Assembly: GCA_002633005.1 (NCBI GenBank)
Contig: NMRA01000383.1
Location: forward strand, 74,951 to 138,950
Direction of reading: 5' to 3'
Source of the DNA: Phoronis australis
Taxonomy: Eukaryota > Animalia > Phoronida
DNA length: 64,000 nt
The number at the start of each line of letters is the position of its first letter. Within the stretch, counting starts at the first letter, position 1. The notes beneath the pieces are model-generated. The model made no database searches and had not been told where the DNA came from. It worked only from the letters and a program-made list of their open reading frames with translations. A program made the translations under genes and the position numbers. Shown here in pieces: positions 36,801 to 49,600 of the stretch.

Positions 36801-36815
36801 ACCCCGGCGGTAGAC
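24712..36815 (-). CDS. GSE1: Genetic suppressor element 1-like coiled-coil protein (GSE1), 12 coding exons, 5' end not located, at least 1025 aa
   Basis: complement(join(24712..24801,25459..25553,27269..27589,28263..28667,29849..30061,30427..31174,31430..31556,32217..32354,33057..33263,33448..33809,34300..34481,36627..36815)) = 3077 nt. The frame is open throughout with consistent phases and needs 1 nt from an upstream exon, or an internal Met. GSE1 motifs recalled from the vertebrate protein: RTTATVPPL, SSFAAALRKLAKQA, PPVVTIAPT, FQPYRP, RE-repeat coiled coil, RFLELFG, FAQEFHQSVLQTT, KWPGIEVLMEAYQ, IDNLKNCF. Confidence 0.88.
25459..25553 (-). CDS. GSE1: GSE1-like penultimate exon (NNLLRSHV...NLSLSMA)
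   Basis: Acceptor TTTCTCTATTAG, strong donor GCC|GTAAGT; phase 1 to 0 bridges the flanking exons; sequence is diverged. Confidence 0.7.
26048..26468. mobile_element. Kolobok-type MITE, 421 bp
   Basis: Perfect 15-bp TIR AGGAGAATGCCACCC / GGGTGGCATTCTCCT flanked by TTAA (26044-26047, 26469-26472); in a GSE1 intron. Confidence 0.85.
26648..26750. repeat. 25-bp minisatellite, 4 perfect copies
   Basis: CTTAAGTGCCACATAACAGTGTATA tandem. Confidence 0.95.
27269..27589 (-). CDS. GSE1: GSE1-like exon (Ser-rich; FKWPGIEVLMEAYQ)
   Basis: Acceptor TCTTCTTCAG, donor G|GTAGGT; ORF 27243..27566. Confidence 0.88.
28263..28667 (-). CDS. GSE1: GSE1-like exon (poly-Gly; DFAQEFHQSVLQTT)
   Basis: Acceptor CACTTTCAG (the exon-proximal unit of a minisatellite), donor G|GTAAGG; ORF 28228..28686. 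Confidence 0.87.
28657..29465. repeat. 31-bp minisatellite overlapping a GSE1 splice acceptor; two sequence variants
   Basis: TGTTTTAACCCTGAAAGTGGACATATCAATG x8 up to the N at 28897, then variant CATATCAATGTGTTTTAACCCTCAAAATGAC arranged in 218-bp blocks. Confidence 0.95.
29849..30061 (-). CDS. GSE1: GSE1-like exon (...KTKFLKMFSLKL...)
   Basis: Acceptor TTCTTGCAG, donor C|GTAAGT; ORF 29841..30170. Confidence 0.85.
30427..31174 (-). CDS. GSE1: GSE1-like large exon (MLQEQIAREH...LRFLELFGVVTPTKAN)
   Basis: Acceptor TTTCAACAG, donor G|GTTAGT; ORF 30422..31192. Confidence 0.9.
31430..31556 (-). CDS. GSE1: GSE1-like exon (QAREEARRESEK...)
   Basis: Acceptor TATTATAG, donor GAG|GTTTGT; required to reconcile phase 2 with phase 0. 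Confidence 0.8.
31890..32004. mobile_element. Tc2/pogo-like MITE, ~115 bp including the TA TSD
   Basis: TA-CCATAAACTCGTGGGTCAATGCCCT pairs imperfectly with AGGGCGTTAACCTGCGAGTTTACAG-TA; inserted into a degenerate ~33-bp tandem repeat. Confidence 0.7.
32217..32354 (-). CDS. GSE1: GSE1-like exon (R/E/K-rich coiled coil)
   Basis: Acceptor GTACAG, donor AG|GTGAGC; phase 2/2. Confidence 0.82.
32357..32429. repeat. 12-bp minisatellite, 6 copies, abutting a GSE1 acceptor
   Basis: GTA(C/G)ACCAATAT tandem. Confidence 0.9.
33057..33263 (-). CDS. GSE1: GSE1-like exon (LDDPLLLERYR...)
   Basis: Acceptor TTACAG, donor AG|GTAGGA; ORF 33053..33298. Confidence 0.87.
33448..33809 (-). CDS. GSE1: GSE1-like exon (FQPYRP motif)
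   Basis: Acceptor TCTTATAG, donor AG|GTGAGT; includes most of ORF 33444..33749. Confidence 0.88.
34300..34481 (-). CDS. GSE1: GSE1-like exon (TPKRGP...PPVVTIAPT)
   Basis: Acceptor GTTTTAG, donor AAA|GTGAGC; within ORF 34180..34578. Confidence 0.88.
36627..36815 (-). CDS. GSE1: GSE1-like exon (RTTATVPPL...SSFAAALRKLAKQA)
   Basis: Acceptor TTGCCAG, donor G|GTTGGT; within ORF 36424..36909. Confidence 0.9.
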
Positions 36816-38405
36816 CTGGCAACAAACAGACATAAGGGTAAGTAATGTATGCAGGTGAGTCTAAGTTGGTTATGAGCACAGCTACACTGAGATACAAACC
36901 CGTATGCAATTAATGACTTAGACTGAGGTCATAATCAGGCCTTCAAAATTATTTAAATATTGAAGCATTGCCGAGGTTATGATTATAATTTCAATGTCTA
37001 ATATTATAGTGTTAAACAAGTTAAGTGTAGTTTCATAATACAGCTTAATATAAGCCAAAGACAAATGTGGAATTTTAATTAGAAATTGTTTACAGTTTAA
37101 GTCCAAAAATAAAACAAAATATTATTCAGTCGAATTAAAAAATACAAAGATGAAATTGTCAACCCAGACAGTGCTCCAGAATATTCTTAAGAATATGCAT
37201 TGCGAGAGTGCTTTCTATTCTATTCTCGAAAACATAATTTTTTCAAAATGTTTAAGTAAATAAAATGGCACCCCTCCCCCCACACCACCAGCACAAACCT
37301 TCAACAATCTGGCCATCATAAACTCATTCAGTAGCCAAGGCTTTCTTAAATGAATATTAAATTAACCAGTATACTATAGACACACAAAGGAACCAGCACA
37401 GCAGACACAGTCACACTATCTTTCCAATATACAAATAGCCATGATTTAATGACACACTATTGACAGGGTGAAAGTAGAGCTAGTCTAATAACAGACAGAA
37501 TGTGATTATGTACTTAACACAGGCAAGCTGGTGAGAAATCAATGGGACTCTCAAGGATCAATAGCCCACACTGTGGAGTGAGCAAGTCAGCACACAGCCT
37601 TGTGAAGCCTTTAGTAAAGAGATCAATGGAGGTTGTATTAACACAAACAGCTAATACATAAACACAATGGTGTTCAACAAACAGTGTGTATGCAATGAGG
37701 CAATGTTGGGTGCTTCTGGTCTGTGAGACAACTTCTCTTGGTTAATATGTTAAGATGACATTGGACACTGGTCAGAGGTGAACCTATGGCCTGATATCCC
37801 ATAGACTCATCAATGAAGATGTAAATTAAGACAAGTGATTGACAATGAGGATACTTGCTTCAACATAGTTGATCAATGACATAAACAAATATTGTCTTAA
37901 CCCAGCAGACTGAGAGAGGACATAGTGTCAGTGAATGAATGTTGAAATGTCAAAGACCATGAATTACTTTACACTTTCAGTTTGTTGAAGCAATAACAAA
38001 GTCTCTCTTAATGTTTTTTACAATTGGGAAAAACGTGGGAAAACATTAATTTGCTTTGGCATAGCTTAAGTAACCACAATCAGTTGCAAGCGAAATTTTG
38101 TTCCGCAATCCAATCACGCACTGAATAAAGGGTGAGGTTCACAGTTAAATGAAATTTTCAGCAGACTGTCTCCTTAACACAGTGATGTTAACATTAACAA
38201 ACAATCAATGTTTTTATGTAGTGTTCAGCTATATTCTGACATTGAGGAAAACATACAGCATTGCAATTTCCGTTGCCAGTTCTGAGTTGTTGTCAGAGAC
38301 AGACATTTATTGATTAAATGGTGATAATGTGGACTGACCTTTAACTGTGAGTAGAATTAACAAGTTGTTTGCATCAGTCAGAGAGACTGATAAGGGCTGA
38401 GAATA

Positions 38406-38536
38406 TGTGCTTGTGTGTGTGTGTGTGCGCGTATGTGCGTGTGTGTGCGTATGTGTGCGTGTCTGTGTGTGCGTGCGTGCGTGCGCGCGTGTGCCTGTGT
38501 CTGTGTGTCTGTCTGTGTGTGTGTGTGTGAGCGTGT
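38406..38536. repeat. Compound (TG/CG)n microsatellite
   Basis: Alternating purine-pyrimidine tract flanked by a direct repeat TGTTTGCATCAG...AGAGACTGATAAGGGCTG. Confidence 0.9.
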
Positions 38537-40273
38537 TTGCATCAGGCTAGGTCACATAATGCAGAGACTGATAAGGGCTGTGTATGTGTGTGCCTATATT
38601 GATTGAGCCCACGGCTACTGTGCAGATTCTATACAGGTAATGAATGGCTATACACCTGTCATTAGCAGTACCTCAATACAAATACCTGATGTTGGCAATT
38701 ACATACAGAATTCTCCAATTACGATCCACATTATGTCTAATCAACACACAAACACAAGGAGGTAAAAAGACACAGCTTAGCAGTGATACCTTTTCAACTC
38801 CAACACAGTTTTGTCTCATCACAAGTAAAGCTCATGCCTCAATACAGATTAACATTCATTCACACAATGACAGATGTGTAAATTGAGGGAAAATGCCATG
38901 GATAAATAGACCAAAGCTGTAACATCTGTTGGCTTGCATTTATCCACTGATTCTAACACAAACCAAACAACGGACTAACCATCTAAGAACAGCTTTCATG
39001 AATGAGGAGCCTACCACCCCAGTTCTTTCATCTACTGCGCAGAAGATAACAAAAAATGACAAACCGAAACAGATTTAAAACTTTCAGAGGACTGAAAGTG
39101 AATCCCCACTTTAGTTTCTTGAGCACAATTTCAAACCTAAGGGAAACCTTAAAAACGACATTATTTTTAATTACTATCCACAAGTTATTTATGGCTCCCT
39201 CTATGGCCTGAAGGTCACAGCAAGAGTGGACAATTACATTATTAGGGACACATTAAGCTAACAGTGAGCTATGTACATGTGCACACATTTACCTTTGTCC
39301 TTTATTAATAGACTGGCTGTGTTTATTATAATCTGATCAATAGCCTCTACCTGTATTAGATGTGTTAGCAGGGATGGCATTATGTAAACACAACATAATT
39401 CAAAAGAACTTTATATCCCATACACTTCTTAACTCTTGGTTATAAACAGTTTTATTTGAAATTGTGGATTGTTAAATGCCAGTTAGCAGTTAAGTGTTGG
39501 ACATAAGGTCTATAAATAAAACCTCCAACTGATTGCTCACAGTTCAATCAAGATTTCACACAACTACAAGCAAGTCACCTGATGAATATCCTCAGGTGTT
39601 GGACAAAGGCAGAGTACTTGCTTATATTCTGACCAAATGACAAGAACATACTACAAACACTGGGTGTACATGCCCAACAGATCCATACTGTCAACATCTA
39701 TGTATTTGATCAAAAGTGACATGTCTTCAGTATGTCGGCTTTATGAAGAGTAGTAAAGAACTACCTTCAGTCAACAGTTACTGATGCAGCATATGAAGTT
39801 AATTACTTAAAGCACTCCCTTGATAATGGAGTTAGAGAGGAAGGTGATATTTTTACAACTGACTCCAAGCACAGTTCCTTGGTAAGAAAAGAATTCTTGT
39901 GTTTACACACAAAGTGTGTTACAAGTGGACTATCTGACCTCCCACAGGGCAACGCAGAGTGATGGGCAGCTTGGAAAGTAGGTTGATGGGCAGAAATGGT
40001 GTCAGATGTTGATAAGAACATGATGTGTGTGATAACATTGAGCTATTAGTTATTAACTAATCACTATACAACAGAAAATCTGAGCAGAGACTGACATCAC
40101 CATCTACACTGTTTAAACAAAGTCTACACAATTTAAACACACACTAAACAAAATAACAAACAGGCCAAGAAACAAAATGGTCCAATATGCCACTCAAGTC
40201 ATCACTTGAGCACATTGCACTGGCCACAGATGGCCCACTCTTGCATCTCCTTGTTACACAAAGCCAGCTCAGT

Positions 40274-40364
40274 CCCAGGTACAACACCCCACCCAGGTAC
40301 AACACCCCACCCAGGTACAACACCCCACCCAGGTACAACACCCCACCCAGGTACAACACCCCAC
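40274..40364. repeat. 18-bp minisatellite, 5 copies
   Basis: CCCAGGTACAACACCCCA tandem. Confidence 0.95.
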
Positions 40365-43300
40365 TCACAGCAGTGATTCTCCTGTGTTATCATACATCAC
40401 ACACACAACTATTTAAACAGTCTAAATCTGTGCTAGCCTCATCCTAAGCCACTCAGTGATACAATAACCCTAAATGTACAAACACTAAGTATTGAGTGCC
40501 GCTTTCTCAACACCAAGACACAAAGACAAACTATTGCCAATATATACTCCAATAAATGATATTTATACACTACTTCATCATAAATGTGTTCACACCTTGA
40601 TTTCATTGTGTAAATAGCACACATTAGCCATTAACTGTTTCCAATTTTTATCTTAAATGACAGTGCAAACACTACATATCCTGGCTCTACACTGTTATCC
40701 TCCGCGCTCATGTAACTGACTTGCAGATTTAGGAATTCAGAAAATCAGCCGCACCTGACCACCATGCTGCATCAAGAAGTGAGCAGATTCATTGTACTTT
40801 ACTGACCATATATTCCCACTGGTGTCATTCTCATTAACTCCTGTACAAGGCCGGTATAGTCAGAGTGGGACTCAGTAATCACAGTGACCGCGATTACAAT
40901 ATTTAATTCCCTAAACTACCACATAACCTATCTTCACCAGCAGTCTAGCAGTAAATCTCATCGCAACACTGTAAGTATATAGTAACTCACGCAGTGATAT
41001 TCCACTGTTTCAATATTTGCTTTTCTGTCAACATTACAAACTACTTTCAGAAACTAAAAGGGCAAGATACTCATGATAGGGTTAATTGAAGAGACACATA
41101 AAGGGCTGCAGCAGGATTATTTCAAATGTGATAATGAGTGAAGCATTTCAAATAAGCCCAATTTCCTAATATCTAAGGTACATATAACCAGCACTTAATG
41201 GTGGCATATAGGGAAATACTGTTTTTAAAAGAAACATCAATGAAGGGTCGTTTCTAACCACTTCCTAGTAAGCTGAAGACAAGAGCTAGAGAGGCAAACA
41301 GTCAATCCACAAAGTGACAGTCTACAAACAAATGAGCATCAACTCTAAACAAGTCAGAGGAGTCTATCACTACATATGATGTCTCCCAGCAGACGGCCCA
41401 AGACAAAGAGAAAATGGCCACCTAGAAAACACAGTCATATCAAAGCAAACAATAGTCAGACGATTACCTGCCAGGCCATTAAACAGTTCCTTTGGTGAAA
41501 GACACAGAGCAGATACTAATTCCTTGAGTTGAGATCTCAGGTTACAGTTTCAAAATGTCATTAAGGTAGTTTGTAGACCTCACCAACACAGTTTATCTCG
41601 CTAGATTGACCTTTTGTACAGCCAGCCCTTCTCCCATATATCAACTATTTGCTACACACAACAGTTGCATGAAGAATCTATTGAGCCTATATTAACTGGC
41701 TTTTGCATTGATCGGTCTATTCAAATGGCTGCAATGTCATTGTTGACACATAGCATTACAAGCACCTGCCCCTGGGGTCAGGGTTCATGGGGTCAAATTA
41801 ACCACCTCCCGCTGAACCTGTCAAACTCTGACATTAAGTTCTTGGATTGGTGAAACTGCTCTCATTTACATAGTTTTCAAATCAGGACTTAGCGCTAATC
41901 ATCTGTCGATGTTAAGCTGGGAACAGCAAGAACAAGATTCCATAGTATATAGGCGATCAATAACAATCCATCTTCAACACACAGACTAGGAGGCTCTTTG
42001 TCTACTCAGTTACCCCTGATATTTGACAAGACTCTACCAAAACAAGCACCGATGACAGACAGTCAAAAACAGAAAACAGTCATCCCTACCCACCAACCTC
42101 ACAGCCATGATCAGGTAAAACAATTTTGCATACCTTTAGTAGTGAAGTTGATTAGCACTTGAGTTGGGATCACACCACAGCCAACATGTTTTATCACAAG
42201 CAAGACAGCCAATGCTGTGCCAGGGGGCAAACACACAACAGTTATTGGCCTGGCTCATTATGTAATAGGGGTCAAAGACTGTTGAATAAACACTGGAATA
42301 CACAATTTGGGCTGATGAATAACACATCAGTGACTGCTGTGTAATAATGACTTAACTGGCCCACACATCAAAGTATCCAAGTGTTCAATTGCTAAAAGAG
42401 AATTTTTTTCAATAAGAGAAAGGTTATTTCTATCAAATTTCTCAACAAAAGTAACCTGACAGGGATTTTTATTTGTTTTTATCATAGTTTGTATAACATC
42501 GCTGTCACAAGCTACAACATGTGGCAAGGTAGTTCAAAAATAAACATTTTGTCCCAAACTGAAGAACTATAAACTACTTGTAAAAAGTAGGAGCAGTGAA
42601 GGGAAGAAATGGTTCTACAAGATATTGATGGTAAGATATTAGGTAGACCTTCTAGTCAACAACCTCCACAATTATCTGTCATTCTGAATAACCATTAGGG
42701 TAATTACTCTTACTGAAAGTCACTTAAATATAACATATTTTACACTTCAAATTAGAACCATAATTACATACCTCTAAGCACTATGTAAACAATGATACAT
42801 CATTATTATAATGGTACAAACATTACACCCAGACCAGTGTCAACACCATGTACCAACATTACACCCAGACCAGTGTCAGTACCACGTGATTATCTCCGTG
42901 TGCTAGTTCAAACTTTTGTCCACAAATACGCTGGCACATCACCATGGCATGATACAATTAAAACAAGTTTCAACATTAATGACCAACTTGCTTAATCATT
43001 AAAGGCTTCAAATAAAATATCTCTTCAGTACCAAGATCTCTTGATCCAAACTGAAGCAAGCAATCTCTCCATTAGCTGATTACTGTCCCACCCCTTCTGT
43101 ACAGAATAGACCGACCCACTCATGTCAGCTGTTGGTATACACATCAAGGCATAGCTGAAATATTATACATCAACACATACAATCAAACTGTAATCCTCTA
43201 CTGCTCATCCACTCCACAAATCCTTACATAACACTGGTTCACATAATCCCTATCCAGGGTACAGGGACCATAATTAACTACACCACCTTGTTGTGCAATC

Positions 43301-46300
43301 AGTTATTAATTGCAGACATCCTTGTGACCCTGAGATCACCAGATGAGTCAGTGTAAAGCCCTCTCGACACACTAACATTTTCTCCAGTATAACACCACTT
43401 CACTTAGGCTTTGTACATGACAATCAAGAGTCGAACAAAAATCGTAGAGAAACCAAGAAAGTTGTTTTCAACTGACAAGTCGAATACGACCATTTAGCTG
43501 GAAACACCTGTCCCTATGCATTTGACAGTTGATTACTAAGTCATTAATAACTGACCAGAGTGACAGCTGGACACCTATAAAAATAAAAATAACTTAGTTT
43601 CAGACAATTGTTGCTAAAATTACCATTTTTTCTAATTTTCAGAGGCTTGCTACAAACACCCAATCAATACCAAATATTGTTTTTTAACAACTATAATGTA
43701 TATATTGTACAGAAAGTAAAGCAAAACTTCCTGAAAACTTAATTCTACTGAGAAATGAAATTTCACTTGTTCACCATGTAGTATCTCAAACTGAAGAGTT
43801 TTCACAGTACATGTTGTTTTGAATCTGAACAGTAGTTCAATCCCACCTCACTATACTGTACATACCAACACCTTTATGACAATTGACATAAAAACAGCCT
43901 TGAGGTAAAAAGTCACCAAACAATGGAGCAAATAACTTGATTATTGCTTTAAAATTTAATAGACACTACTTTCATTCCTTTTCAAGAGACTGTTAGTCAA
44001 CTTTAACACATGTGAAACTTAGACTATTCACATCCTTTATTTATCATATTCGTTGGCATGGTAACATGTGGTGGTTGAAATATGCAAGTTGAACAAAAAT
44101 TATCAACCATTATTTGCTTTACTGTTATGTAGAAGTATTGATTTTAACTCAGTATAAATATATATTTTCTAAAAATAGAAAGCTGTCAGTTTTTTTACTT
44201 TGTACCAATCAACTATTAATTGAGTCACAAGATCACGCCTTTTAGTAAAACTTCTATATACCTTCAGTATTCAATGTCCAATGAAATAATTACATGTCAA
44301 ACATTAAAAATGTTGTTTTCAAAAGTATAAGTAACACAAAAATGATAAAATAATAAAACAGATCCATTGCCTTGATGTAGCACTACAGGTGTACATAGCT
44401 TAGGGCCACACAAAAAGAATTATTTCACACATGAAAGTTTATTATGCTTTGTGTAGAGGAGATATACTATAATATACGACCCATAATACTGTAACATATG
44501 ACCTATAAAACATGGCCTGAACAACAGGCCAGGACACACAGTAGATATTTCCTTTATCTTTTCTATTAGCTACACTGATAACGGTCACAGTAGCCAAATA
44601 ACATATCTCATTTTTATCGCACCATGCTTGCAAATTCAAACAGTAGTAAAACTGTGAAAAAACATTGAAAATAAAAAAGTAAAAGGTTGGATTTCCATTT
44701 CAGAATTGTCCATAAACCTAACAAGAGCAATACCAAACAAAAGTGAAAAGTGCCAACGACATACTTCTAAGGGTGTTCACTAGTATCAAAAACTGGTTAA
44801 TAGGTGGCACAAAATAGGTCAAACTCATTTGAAAATGGGAAGGCCTTGTCATTTCCCTAATAGAAACCTATTTATTAAATTCCATAATTATTAAATTTCA
44901 TAAAGAATCTGTCCAGGAACTTCAAAGAAGAAGAGGCCAACAAAAAATAGAACAGTCGTTATGAGGCACAGCTGAAGTTGGATCGGTATGAAACAAGTCA
45001 TCAGTTGCTACATTCATAAGAATAAATTTTCACAAAGATCTTGCACGGGGTTCAGGAAATGTAGTTGTGGAAGCAAACAAAAACAAATTGCCATTAGGGG
45101 GAGCTACAGTTGCCGGAACTGTCAGAAAAATTTACACCAATTGTGTTGTTGTCAATAGGAAAACATCTGCAAGGGGTTTAGAAGACACAGCAGCAAAGGA
45201 TAGATACCTAGACAGAGATGAACGCAATATACATTCACATATGTAAAGGTGGTGGCATTAAAAGTGACAAATGACATCATATCAATGGACTCAACAACTG
45301 ACTGCTGTTTGAATAGCAAAAACTCGTATGTGAGTTGTAAGATACAAGTCAACCAATCCAGACTCAAGGTAGTGCCACCAAGGTGACTGTTCAGTAAACT
45401 GGTATATGACAATTTGAACTTCTGGCCGATTGAAATGTTACGACAATGTCAAAACGTTAGTTTAAGCTCGTTTGCATTCTTTATTATTTCAACTAATACC
45501 TGACAACATCATTTTCATAATTCCAAATAGAAGCACCTACGGGTTTTTTATCATAGTTACTATCACCATCACAGGACTTCTTTGTCAAGTCTGATACAAT
45601 GACCTCAATGTATGAACTTTAACCTCGACTGTGACCCCCTTGGTTTCAGTAATTGGTCAAAGCATCCCCAACAACTGCTGCCTGGACCCTTTTAACCCAC
45701 CTCCAATGATACCGTAGAGAGTGATAAGACTCTTGGCATGACAACAACTTTATACTGATCTTGTAACCAATCGTTGCTGCAGCTGTGAACCAACTTTAAC
45801 ATTCACAAGGATGATAAGTAAAACAGCTGGCCAGTGTGCAGGTTCACCTCTCCTCAACAAATTACTGCCAGCTTTAACACACATACTTGTCATTAATGAC
45901 TTAAGGAGTGGAGATAGTGCACAAAAACTAGTGGTGATCCAGGCCTTATCCCCCTTACCCCTATTTGCTCCTTCCTGCTACCCTCATATCCAAATCTCCA
46001 TGCCAGTCTCTCTCAAAAGAAATAACTTAGTTGAACTAATTTTTGTTTTTGATAATATAAATTCAAACTCATATATAGTGCATACTACAATAAGAACATA
46101 CTAACTTAGGATACAAAATGGAAGCAAATTGCACTTCATTTTCTCATGTTTTGATGACGTAGATATACAGCACCAAAATAATTCTTTGACATTTCGTAGT
46201 TCTCTGCTAAAGCTACCAAAATACAGTAATTGAAAAGTTGCAGGCACATACAACAATATTAGAAATTATAGGATAATGAAAAGTCAGCAACTTTGGCGAT

Positions 46301-46495
46301 TATTTTAGTCCAAATAGGTGAAATTTTACCACAATATAAAATCAATAGGTCCACCACCCCTCAACAGTTCCTATAGTCGTGTGTGATCATGGTACACAGA
46401 CAATTTTCTAGTTGTACCTAAGCAAAGCATGAACATTTTTAATAAAAGAAATTGCCCAATAATCTTACACAAGATAACCAATGCAAGTACACTGT

Positions 46496-46652
46496 CAGTG
46501 TTGTAGTGGGGCGTAGGCGTACGTAAGCATAGCCAACCACCTTTTGGCATTTAGACGCAGCGCCTACGCACCGTAAGTTACGTTATGGTGTTCAAGGTGA
46601 CACAGTGGGCATTGGGCCCCTACTCACCTCAAATTTTACCACTACAGCACTG
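46496..46652. mobile_element. hAT-like MITE, 157 bp
   Basis: TIR CAGTGTTGTAGTGG / CCACTACAGCACTG (13/14); 8-bp TSD TACACTGT / CACACTGT (7/8). Confidence 0.8.
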
Positions 46653-49600
46653 CACACTGTACTTACTTGAAATCAAATTTATGTGGTCACTATAGTGTGG
46701 TACTAAAGTTTCAAGGTTAAGAAATTCTGGCCACTTGTATTTGAAGCCAGAAACAAATCAGCAAATAAAAGAGAACAAGAGAACAATGCCACACACACAC
46801 ACAGGCCCAGTAAACGTGTGTCATTCAAATAGCACAAAGTTGACTATCTCACATCACAGCACAGAGATGTCAGACAATGTGTGTGGCTGTTGTACATGAC
46901 TGAGACAACTAGTGACACCAATTGACAGGACAACACAACCGGGTGTATGTCACAGTTTATTTTAAATCAAAATAGTATGGATTCAACGGTTTCATTGGAT
47001 ACCACAAGTCTGAGTAGTACAAAGAACCATCATATAATAAACTTTATCAACTCTTTTAACACAAGTATACACAATAAGTAGGTCTCTAGAAACTAGTAAT
47101 GATTTGGTAAACTGTTTGGTTTATTTATAGAAACAGTCTTGACATGGTCAATGTCAGTTTGTTATGTCTTCTCCTGAAAAAGTGTTTAATAAACACTCAT
47201 GCTAATGTCAAAACCATGCATAAGACAAGGCTGAAAAACTGTGACCTTCAAGTCAAAAAAGACAAGGGCAAAAGACTGAAGACAAGTACAGTAGCCTTAG
47301 GTACGGTAGCCTTCGCTGTGAAATAGAGAACATGGCTTGTTCAAGCTTTCAGATGAATTAACAAAATTTGTGTCAAAAGAAATCACAACATGCATCACAT
47401 GTTTAGTAAATATTATTCTTCTTAGTAAGGCTGTTCCAAGTAATAATTCAAGGTGATATTTACCTTAAGATTAAGAAGGGTCTTATCTGATAGGTTAGTG
47501 AATTCAGCTAAATATCTACCGAAATTAAGACAAAAGAAAAGTAGATATTTCGAAAGCGGAAAGCCTGCAGCTTTTGATTTTTGACTTTACCCAATTGTGT
47601 TGTTGGTTGGGTCACCATGGTTACATTACCAAACTAGAGGTATCAACAACATAACCAAATTTCGCTCGACTTAAATATTCAAGATGAAATTCATTACACT
47701 TTTCTAAGTTATCATTTCTACTAATCATGAAATTAATATCATTTCATAGCTACTCATGCAAAAGTAGATCATTTTACAAACAACTCCTAATAGCATTTTG
47801 CAGAACAGCGCCAAAACAGAAGGTGCTTCCCATGCATCAGCCATTCCAGAGATATGGTAATCCTGTCTTAGTCAAATGTGCACATTTTTCTAGTGTCCCA
47901 ACATAACCTTATGTATGCTCATGAATGCCACAAAAATTAGATGGCTGACTCAAGAGGCTTAAAAATAAACTAACAAACATACAAAACTAAAAAGATAGTC
48001 AAACTTGAAGGATTTGTGCCTGTTGATTACCATGACAACAGTCATCAACAGCATAGGAACACAACGAACTTTTCTCATCCCATTTTGCTCAACCTACATT
48101 TATTCTAACAAAACAACAGTCGTTGCCGCTCTGTTTACTTATCCTACCCCCTATCATCACTACCCATACACCAAGCCAGCTCTATTTACTTATCCCACCC
48201 CCCATCATCCATACCCACACACCAAGCCAGCTCAACCAAAAACACATGACAGGACAGTATCGCATATTTACCTCTTTTAAGTTCAAACTTTTAGTCTCCC
48301 CAACAGCCTGGCTTTATCAGACAACTACGATGCTAGCTCAACAACTGCCTTCAACAAGAGGTGAGCAGAGATCAGTTTTAAAGTGTTAGCCACTATTACT
48401 GGCACACAAAGACTAAAGTTTACATTGCCTATCAGTACTGATATATACACATACAGTATGGCTAATCACTCTAATCAATTACATAGCCTCAATACACAAT
48501 CGAGAGGTCAGGGGTCAGGAGAGGGTTCATGACATGGGAGCCACCAAGCCAGGCAGCCAATGAGTGAACTGAATGCCTGCAGGTAATCACTTAAGTGGAA
48601 TTCTGTGTTTGACCTTTGACAGGCACTGCTGTAATTTATGGTGTGTGGAAAGAGTTATCTGATGTTTATAACAGAAGAGGTTATTGTAAGATAGAAGCTA
48701 TGTAGTAAGAGGTCCCTAGACTGAGTCAGCTTTGCAACATAGGTATTCTTTGTACATTAATCTGGAGATGTTGTTTTCACATTTTTCAGCCCCCTCCATG
48801 TGTTTACGTCTCACATATAAAGATTGCCCATGATTGAGTTGACATATTTCTGTGCAATTGCCACAAAATTTTGTGAAAAATGACACGTTATTGAAATTAA
48901 CGACTTCATGCACATTTTATCATTATCAATCAAAAAGTATTGTCTGATCCATTCTAACAAGCACAAATGAACAATACTGGTCAATTTGAAAAAATAAAAT
49001 GAGCAAAATAGAAGTAAAAAATCGAACTTCTTAAAAAGTACAATGTCACCTAGTGGCCAAATATAAAACTACTTTCAATTACATAAACCTGGATCAGTTT
49101 GACTTTTATTTCCAACAAGTAATGATTACAGGCGCTCAAGACAACGGAAAGGGCAGGGAAAGGGTGGCGACACCTTTTGACAAAATACATGAAAATCTAG
49201 GAACTGTGGGTAAACAGAGCAGAAAGGAAAAAGACGAGCAGCCCACAGTTTTGGAAAAGTTGTCACCGACTTGTATCAGGGACGATCACTACGTATCACA
49301 ATCAGGGCACACCATAAAGCCATAGAGAGGTACAAAGGAGGCCCGGATCCAGGACCGAAGTTAATCGTTCCCACTGAGTGCAACTCTCCAAAACATTGAT
49401 GCGTTGACGTTAGTATGAAAGGACCTTTAAAGTCCAAATAAAATTGTATTATGTTTAGCTACTACAAATGAACTGCTCTTTCTGTACAACAAACACACAA
49501 AAGAAACATTTCCAAGATATCAAGAAACACTAAACATTAAGCAAGTTATTCACTTTGCAAATACATGTTAGTGTCTATCTTTTGTCATTGACAGATTCAA

